This document shows, piece by piece, positions 54,501 to 64,000 of a stretch of DNA of 64,000 nucleotides (within the stretch, counting starts at the first letter, position 1; each line of letters starts with the position of its first letter). Below the pieces are notes generated by a model. It was not told where the DNA came from. It saw only the letters and a list, made by a program, of their open reading frames with translations, and made no database searches. Origin of the DNA: Paragordius varius. Its lineage: Eukaryota; Animalia; Nematomorpha. A program made the translations under genes and the position numbers. The DNA lies in assembly GCA_964247055.1 (NCBI GenBank), contig OZ176050.1, positions 806,001 through 870,000 of the forward strand, read 5' to 3'.

Positions 54501-57500
54501 ATTTTTTAAATATTTAAAAAATTTATTTTATACGATTTTAAAAATAAAAATGGCTACCTAAAATGCAAATTTGATCAGGTGATGTCGCCATAATTTTTTT
54601 GGGTAGCCCTATTCCATCATCACCCCAAATATTTTGGGGATCGGACTATCAATGTAATTTTTATGAATTTTTTAAATATTTAAAAAATTTATTTTATACG
54701 ATTTTAAAAATAAAAATGGCTACCTAAAATCCAAATTTGATCAGGTGATGTCACCATAATTTTTTTTGGGTAGCCCTATGGTAGTTCCATCATCACCCCA
54801 AATATTTTCGAGATCGGAGTATAAATGTAATTTTTATGAATTTTTTAAATATTTAAAAAATTTATTTTATACGATTTTAAAAATAAAAATGGCTACCTAA
54901 AATCCAAATTTGATCAGGTGATGTCACCATATTTTTTTTTGGGAAGCCCTATGGTAGTTCCATCATCACCCCAAATATTGTCGAGATCGGAGTATAAATG
55001 TAATTTTTTTGAATTTTTTAAATATTTAAAAAATTTATTTTATACGATTTTAAAAACAAAAATGGCTACCTAAACTCCAAATTTGATCAGGTGATGTCAC
55101 CATAATTTTTTTTGGGTAGCCCTATGGTAGTTCCATCATCACCCCAAATATTTTCGAGATCGGAGTATAAATGTAATTTTTATGAATTTTTTAAATATTT
55201 AAAAAATTTATTTTATACGATTTTAAAAATAAAAATGGCTACCTAAAATCCAAATTTGATCAGGTGATGTCACCATAATTTTTTTTGGGTAGCCCTATGG
55301 TAGTTCCATCATCATCCCAAATATTTTCGAGATCGGAGTATAAATGTAATTTTTATATATTTTTTAAATATTTAAAAAATTTATTTTATACGATTTTAAA
55401 AATAAAAATGGCTACCTAAAATCCAAATTTGATCAGGTGATGTCACCATATTTTTTTTTGGGTAGCCCTATGGTAGTTCCATCATCACCCCAAATATTTT
55501 GGGGATCGGACTATAAATGTAATTTTTATGAATTTTTTAAATATTTAAAAAATTTATTTTATACGATTTTAAAATAAAAATGGCTACCAAAAATCCAAAT
55601 TTGATCAGGTGATGTCGCCATAATTTTTTGTGGGTAGCCCTATGGTAGTTCCATCATCACCCCAAATATTTTCGAGATCGGAGTATAAATGTAATTTTTA
55701 TGAATTTTTTAAATATTTAAAAAATTTATTTTCGATTTTAAAAATAAAAATGGCTACCTAAAATCCAAATTTGATCAGGTGATGTCACCATAATTTTTTT
55801 TGGGTAGCCTTATGGTAGTTCCATCATCACCCCAAATATTTTCGAGATCGGAGTATAAATGTAATTTTTATGAATTTTTTAAATATTTAAAAAATTTATT
55901 TTATACGATTTTAAAAATAAAAATGGCCTACCTAAAATCCAAATTTGATCAGGTGATGTCACCATAATTTTTTTTGGGTAGCCCTATGGTAGTTCCATCA
56001 TCACCCCAAATATTTTCGAGATCGGAGTATAAATGTAATTTTTATGAATTTTTAAATATTTAAAAAATTTATTTTCGATTTTAAAAATAAAAATGGCTAC
56101 CTAAAATCCAAATTTGATCAGGTGATGTCACCATAATTTTTTTTGGGTAGCCTTATGGTAGTTCCATCATCACCCCAAATATTTTCGAGATCGGAGTATA
56201 AATGTAATTTTTATGAATTTTTTAAATATTTAAAAAATTTATTTTATACGATTTTAAAAATAAAAATGGCTACCTAAAATCCAAATTTGATCAGGTGATG
56301 TCGCCATAATTTTTTTTGGGTAGCCCTATGGTAGTTCCATCATCACCCCAAATATTGTCGAGATCGGAGTATAAATGTAATTTTTTTGAATTTTTTAAAT
56401 ATTTAAAAAATTTATTTTATACGATTTTAAAAATAAAAATGGCTACCTAAAATCCAAATTTGATCAGGTGATGTCACCATAATTTTTTTTGCGTAGCCCT
56501 ATGGTAGTTCCATCATCACCCCAAATATTTTGGGGATCGGACTATAAATGTAATTTTTATGAATTTTTTAAATATTTAAAAAATTTATTTTATACGATTT
56601 TAAAAATAAAAATGGCTACCTAAAATGCAAATTTGATCAGGTGATGTCGCCATAATTTTTTTGGGTAGCCCTATTCCATCATCACCCCAAATATTTTGGG
56701 GATCGGACTATCAATGTAATTTTTATGAATTTTTTAAATATTTAAAAAATTTATTTTATACGATTTTAAAAATAAAAATGGCTACCTAAAATCCAAATTT
56801 GATCAGGTGATGTCACCATAATTTTTTTTGGGTAGCCCTATGGTAGTTCCATCATCACCCCAAATATTTTCGAGATCGGAGTATAAATGTAATTTTTATG
56901 AATTTTTTAAATATTTAAAAAATTTATTTTATACGATTTTAAAAATAAAAATGGCTACCTAAAATCCAAATTTGATCAGGTGATGTCACCATAATTTTTT
57001 TTGGGTAGCCCTATGGTAGTTCCATCATCACCCCAAATATTTTCGAGATCGGAGTATAAATATAATTTTTATGAATTTTTTAAATATTTAAAAAATTTAT
57101 TTTATACGATTTTAAAAATAAAAATGGCTACCTAAAATCCAAATTTGATCAGGTGATGTCACCATAATTTTTTTGGGTAGCCCTATGGTAGTTCCATCAT
57201 CACCCCAAATATTTTCGAGATCGGAGTATAAATGTAATTTTTATGAATTTTTTAAATATTTAAAAAATTTATTTTATACGATTTTAAAAATAAAAATGGC
57301 TACCTAAAATCCAAATTTGATCAGGTGATGTCGCCATAATTTTTTTTGGGTAGCCCTATGGTAGTTCCATCATCACCCCAAATATTGTCGAGATCGGAGT
57401 ATAAATGTAATTTTTTTGAATTTTTTAAATATTTAAAAAATTTATTTTATACGATTTTAAAAATAAAAATGGCTACCTAAAATCCAAATTTGATCAGGTG

Positions 57501-60500
57501 ATGTCACCATAATTTTTTTTGCGTAGCCCTATGGTAGTTCCATCATCACCCCAAATATTTTGGGGATCGGACTATAAATGTAATTTTTATGAATTTTTTA
57601 AATATTTAAAAAATTTATTTTATACGATTTTAAAAATAAAAATGGCTACCTAAAATGCAAATTTGATCAGGTGATGTCGCCATAATTTTTTTGGGTAGCC
57701 CTATTCCATCATCACCCCAAATATTTTGGGGATCGGACTATCAATGTAATTTTTATGAATTTTTTAAATATTTAAAAAATTTATTTTATACGATTTTAAA
57801 AATAAAAATGGCTACCTAAAATCCAAATTTGATCAGGTGATGTCACCATAATTTTTTTTGGGTAGCCCTATGGTAGTTCCATCATCACCCCAAATATTTT
57901 CGAGATCGGAGTATAAATGTAATTTTTATGAATTTTTTAAATATTTAAAAAATTTATTTTATACGATTTTAAAAATAAAAATGGCTACCTAAAATCCAAA
58001 TTTGATCAGGTGATGTCACCATAATTTTTTTTGCGTAGCCCTATGGTAGTTCCATCATCACCCCAAATATTTTCGAGATCGGAGTATAAGTGTAATTTTT
58101 TTGAATTTTTTAAATATTTAAAAAATTTATTTTATACGATTTTAAAAATAAAAATGGCTACCTAAAATCCAAATTTGATCAGGTGATGTCACTATAATTT
58201 TTTTGGGTAGCCCTATGGTAGTTCCATCATCACCCCAAATATTTTCGAGATCGGAGTATAAATGTAATTTTTATGAATTTTTTAAATATTTAAAAAATTT
58301 ATTTTATACGATTTTAAAAATAAAAATGGCTACCTGAAATCCAAATTTGATCAGGTGATGTCGCTATAATTTTTTTTGGGTAGCCCTATGGTAGTTCCAT
58401 CATGACCCCAAATATTTTGGGGATCGGACTATAAATGTAATTTTTATGAAATTTTTAAATATTTAAAAAATTTATTTTATACGATTTTAAAAATAAAAAT
58501 GGCTACCTAAAATCCAAATTTGATCAGGTGATGTCACCATAATTTTTTTTGGGTAGCCCTATGGTAGTTCCATCATCACCCCAAATATTTTCGAGATCGG
58601 AGTATAAATATAATTTTTATGAATTTTTTAAATATTTAAAAAATTTATTTTATACGATTTTAAAAATAAAAATGGCTACCTAAAATCCAAATTTGATCAG
58701 GTGATGTCACCATAATTTTTTTGGGTAGCCCTATGGTAGTTCCATCATCACCCCAAATATTTTCGAGATCGGAGTATAAATGTAATTTTTATGAATTTTT
58801 TAAATATTTAAAAAATTTATTTTATACGATTTTAAAAATAAAAATGGCTACCTAAAATCCAAATTTGATCAGGTGATGTCGCCATAATTTTTTTTGGGTA
58901 GCCCTATGGTAGTTCCATCATCACCCCAAATATTGTCGAGATCGGAGTATAAATGTGATTTTTATGAATTTTTTAAATATTTAAAAAATTTATTTTATAC
59001 GATTTTAAAATAAAAATGGCTACCAAAAATCCAAATTTGATCAGGTGATGTCGCCATAATTTTTTGTGGGTAGCCCTATGGTAGTTCCATCATCACCCCA
59101 AATATTTTCGAGATCGGAGTATAAATGTAATTTTTATGAATTTTTTAAATATTTAAAAAATTTATTTTCGATTTTAAAAATAAAAATGGCTACCTAAAAT
59201 CCAAATTTGATCAGGTGATGTCACCATAATTTTTTTTGGGTAGCCTTATGGTAGTTCCATCATCACCCCAAATATTTTCGAGATCGGAGTATAAATGTAA
59301 TTTTTATGAATTTTTTAAATATTTAAAAAATTTATTTTATACGATTTTAAAAATAAAAATGGCTACCTAAAATCCAAATTTGATCAGGTGATGTCGCCAT
59401 AATTTTTTTTGGGTAGCCCTATGGTAGTTCCATCATCACCCCAAATATTGTCGAGATCGGAGTATAAATGTAATTTTTATGAATTTTTAAATATTTAAAA
59501 AATTTATTTTATAGGATTTTAAAAATAAAAATGGCTACCTAAAATCCAAATTTGATCAGGTGATGTCGCCATAATTTTTTTTGCGTAGCCCTATGGTAGT
59601 TCCATCATCACCCCAAATATTTTCGAGATCGGAGTATAAGTGTAATTTTTTTGAATTTTTTAAATATTTAAAAAATTTATTTTATACGATTTTAAAAATA
59701 AAAATGGCTACCTAAAATCCAAATTTGATCAGGTGATGTCACTATAATTTTTTTGGGTAGCCCTATGGTAGTTCCATCATCACCCCAAATATTTTCGAGA
59801 TCGGAGTATAAATGTAATTTTTATGAATTTTTTAAATATTTAAAAAATTTATTTTATACGATTTTAAAAATAAAAATGGCTACCTGAAATCCAAATTTGA
59901 TCAGGTGATGTCGCTATAATTTTTTTTGGGTAGCCCTATGGTAGTTCCATCATGACCCCAAATATTTTGGGGATCGGACTATAAATGTAATTTTTATGAA
60001 ATTTTTAAATATTTAAAAAATTTATTTTATACGATTTTAAAAATAAAAATGGCTACCTAAAATCCAAATTTGATCAGGTGATGTCACCATAATTTTTTTT
60101 GGGTAGCCCTATGGTAGTTCCATCATCACCCCAAATATTTTCGAGATCGGAGTATAAATATAATTTTTATGAATTTTTTAAATATTTAAAAAATTTATTT
60201 TATACGATTTTAAAAATAAAAATGGCTACCTAAAATCCAAATTTGATCAGGTGATGTCACCATAATTTTTTTGGGTAGCCCTATGGTAGTTCCATCATCA
60301 CCCCAAATATTTTCGAGATCGGAGTATAAATGTAATTTTTATGAATTTTTTAAATATTTAAAAAATTTATTTTATACGATTTTAAAAATAAAAATGGCTA
60401 CCTAAAATCCAAATTTGATCAGGTGATGTCGCCATAATTTTTTTTGGGTAGCCCTATGGTAGTTCCATCATCACCCCAAATATTGTCGAGATCGGAGTAT

Positions 60501-63500
60501 AAATGTAGTTTTTTTGAATTTTTTAAATATTTAAAAAATTTATTTTATACGATTTTAAAAATAAAAATGGCTACCTAAAATCCGAATTTGATCAGGTGAT
60601 GTCACCATAATTTTTTTTGGGTAGCCCTATGGTAGTTCCATCATCACCCCAAATATTTTCGAGATCGGAGTATAAATGTAATTTTTATGAATTTTTTAAA
60701 TATTTAAAAAATTTATTTTATACGATTTTAAAAATAAAAATGGCTACCTAAAATCCAAATTTGATCAGGTGATGTCACCATATTTTTTTTTGGGTAGCCC
60801 TATGGTAGTTCCATCATCACCCCAAATATTTTCGAGATCGGAGTATAAGTGTAATTTTTTTGAATTTTTTAAATATTTAAAAAATTTATTTTATACGATT
60901 TTAAAAATAAAAATGGCTACCTAAAATCCAAATTTGATCAGGTGATGTCACTATAATTTTTTTGGGTAGCCCTATGGTAGTTCCATCATCACCCCAAATA
61001 TTTTCGAGATCGGAGTATAAATGTAATTTTTATGAATTTTTTAAATATTTAAAAAATTTATTTTATACGATTTTAAAAATAAAAATGGCTACCTGAAATC
61101 CAAATTTGATCAGGTGATGTCGCTATAATTTTTTTTGGGTAGCCCTATGGTAGTTCCATCATGACCCCAAATATTTTGGGGATCGGACTATAAATGTAAT
61201 TTTTATGAAATTTTTAAATATTTAAAAAATTTATTTTATACGATTTTAAAAATAAAAATGGCTACCTAAAATCCAAATTTGATCAGGTGATGTCACCATA
61301 ATTTTTTTTGGGTAGCCCTATGGTAGTTCCATCATCACCCCAAATATTTTCGAGATCGGAGTATAAATATAATTTTTATGAATTTTTTAAATATTTAAAA
61401 AATTTATTTTATACGATTTTAAAAATAAAAATGGCTACCTAAAATCCAAATTTGATCAGGTGATGTCACCATAATTTTTTTGGGTAGCCCTATGGTAGTT
61501 CCATCATCACCCCAAATATTTTCGAGATCGGAGTATAAATGTAATTTTTATGAATTTTTTAAATATTTAAAAAATTTATTTTATACGATTTTAAAAATAA
61601 AAATGGCTACCTAAAATCCAAATTTGATCAGGTGATGTCGCCATAATTTTTTTTGGGTAGCCCTATGGTAGTTCCATCATCACCCCAAATATTGTCGAGA
61701 TCGGAGTATAAATGTAATTTTTTTGAATTTTTTAAATATTTAAAAAATTTATTTTATACGATTTTAAAAACAAAAATGGCTACCTAAACTCCAAATTTGA
61801 TCAGGTGATGTCACCATAATTTTTTTTGGGTAGCCCTATGGTAGTTCCATCATCACCCCAAATATTTTCGAGATCGGAGTATAAATGTAATTTTTATGAA
61901 TTTTTTAAATATTTAAAAAATTTATTTTATACGATTTTAAAAATAAAAATGGCTACCTAAAATCCAAATTTGATCAGGTGATGTCACCATAATTTTTTTT
62001 GGGTAGCCCTATGGTAGTTCCATCATCATCCCAAATATTTTCGAGATCGGAGTATAAATGTAATTTTTATATATTTTTTAAATATTTAAAAAATTTATTT
62101 TATACGATTTTAAAAATAAAAATGGCTACCTAAAATCCAAATTTGATCAGGTGATGTCACCATATTTTTTTTTGGGTAGCCCTATGGTAGTTCCATCATC
62201 ACCCCAAATATTTTCGAGATCGGAGTATAAATGTAATTTTTATGAATTTTTAAATATTTAAAAAATTTATTTTATAGGATTTTAAAAATAAAAATGGCTA
62301 CCTAAAATCCAAATTTGATCAGGTGATGTCGCCATAATTTTTTTTGCGTAGCCCTATGGTAGTTCCATCATCACCCCAAATATTTTCGAGATCGGAGTAT
62401 AAGTGTAATTTTTTTGAATTTTTTAAATATTTAAAAAATTTATTTTATACGATTTTAAAAATAAAAATGGCTACCTAAAATCCAAATTTGATCAGGTGAT
62501 GTCACTATAATTTTTTTGGGTAGCCCTATGGTAGTTCCATCATCACCCCAAATATTTTCGAGATCGGAGTATAAATGTAATTTTTATGAATTTTTTAAAT
62601 ATTTAAAAAATTTATTTTATACGATTTTAAAAATAAAAATGGCTACCTGAAATCCAAATTTGATCAGGTGATGTCGCTATAATTTTTTTTGGGTAGCCCT
62701 ATGGTAGTTCCATCATGACCCCAAATATTTTGGGGATCGGACTATAAATGTAATTTTTATGAAATTTTTAAATATTTAAAAAATTTATTTTATACGATTT
62801 TAAAAATAAAAATGGCTACCTAAAATCCAAATTTGATCAGGTGATGTCACCATAATTTTTTTTGGGTAGCCCTATGGTAGTTCCATCATCACCCCAAATA
62901 TTTTCGAGATCGGAGTATAAATATAATTTTTATGAATTTTTTAAATATTTAAAAAATTTATTTTATACGATTTTAAAAATAAAAATGGCTACCTAAAATC
63001 CAAATTTGATCAGGTGATGTCACCATAATTTTTTTGGGTAGCCCTATGGTAGTTCCATCATCACCCCAAATATTTTCGAGATCGGAGTATAAATGTAATT
63101 TTTATGAATTTTTTAAATATTTAAAAAATTTATTTTATACGATTTTAAAAATAAAAATGGCTACCTAAAATCCAAATTTGATCAGGTGATGTCGCCATAA
63201 TTTTTTTTGGGTAGCCCTATGGTAGTTCCATCATCACCCCAAATATTGTCGAGATCGGAGTATAAATGTGATTTTTATGAATTTTTTAAATATTTAAAAA
63301 ATTTATTTTATACGATTTTAAAATAAAAATGGCTACCAAAAATCCAAATTTGATCAGGTGATGTCGCCATAATTTTTTGTGGGTAGCCCTATGGTAGTTC
63401 CATCATCACCCCAAATATTTTCGAGATCGGAGTATAAATGTAATTTTTATGAATTTTTTAAATATTTAAAAAATTTATTTTCGATTTTAAAAATAAAAAT

Positions 63501-64000
63501 GGCTACCTAAAATCCAAATTTGATCAGGTGATGTCACCATAATTTTTTTTGGGTAGCCTTATGGTAGTTCCATCATCACCCCAAATATTTTCGAGATCGG
63601 AGTATAAATGTAATTTTTATGAATTTTTTAAATATTTAAAAAATTTATTTTATACGATTTTAAAAATAAAAATGGCCTACCTAAAATCCAAATTTGATCA
63701 GGTGATGTCACCATAATTTTTTTTGGGTAGCCCTATGGTAGTTCCATCATCACCCCAAATATTTTCGAGATCGGAGTATAAATGTAATTTTTATGAATTT
63801 TTAAATATTTAAAAAATTTATTTTATAGGATTTTAAAAATAAAAATGGCTACCTAAAATCCAAATTTGATCAGGTGATGTCGCCATAATTTTTTTTGCGT
63901 AGCCCTATGGTAGTTCCATCATCACCCCAAATATTTTCGAGATCGGAGTATAAGTGTAATTTTTTTGAATTTTTTAAATATTTAAAAAATTTATTTTATA
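48512..64000. repeat. Variant domain E: roughly 9-monomer (1550-bp) unit with rearranged derivatives and a 7400-bp duplication
   Basis: CATGACCCC occurs at 51001, 52551, 53761, 58401, 59951, 61160 and 62714. Domain-characteristic variants are TTTTCGATT (3-bp deletion), GCCTTATGG, GGCCTACC, ACCTGAAA, TATAAGTG, TAGGATTT and ACCAAAAAT. Confidence 0.87.

Larger units (their letters stand above)
1..64000. repeat. Tandem satellite DNA array, 173-bp AT-rich monomer, about 370 copies, single orientation
   Basis: ATGGCTACC recurs at 11, 184, 357 and onward with a 173-bp period, and every part of the window matches the same monomer. Counted consensus composition is 22 G + 23 C in 173 bp (26% GC). Monomer lengths seen range from about 162 to 174 bp. 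Confidence 0.99.

Noticed and set aside
1-64000. CRISPR array or bacterial repeat interpretation
   Set aside because: There are no unique spacers, the whole 173-bp unit is repeated, and no cas or other genes are present.
1-64000. Assignment to a named satellite family (alpha satellite, CEN178, or insect or nematode 170-176-bp satellites)
   Set aside because: Only the monomer length is similar. I do not recognise the sequence as any of these and cannot run a database search.

Overview
The whole 64 kb window is one uninterrupted, head-to-tail satellite DNA array of about 370 copies of a 173-bp, about 74% AT monomer. The consensus read from the sequence is ATGGCTACCTAAAATCCAAATTTGATCAGGTGATGTCACCATAATTTTTTTTGGGTAGCCCTATGGTAGTTCCATCATCACCCCAAATATTTTCGAGATCGGAGTATAAATGTAATTTTTATGAATTTTTTAAATATTTAAAAAATTTATTTTATACGATTTTAAAAATAAAA. 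I found no genes, RNA genes, transposon insertions, inversions or unique sequence, and the array runs off both ends. The two supplied ORFs are chance read-throughs of mutated monomers. I cannot assign a species or a named satellite family; monomer size and composition fit a eukaryotic centromeric or pericentromeric satellite (inference). I found no new gene system, and the interest lies in the array's internal structure. (1) The monomer is bipartite and rich in inverted repeats, including a perfect 24-bp palindrome. (2) A common two-base variant perfects a quasi-palindrome, as expected from template switching. (3) Five successive variant domains have sharp borders. (4) Irregular higher-order repeats of 2, 5, 9, 20/22/25, 27 and 43 monomers occur. 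(5) Rare variants recur 22-40 kb apart, suggesting layered expansion and long-range exchange. All offsets were counted by hand from diagnostic variants and may be off by a few bases.
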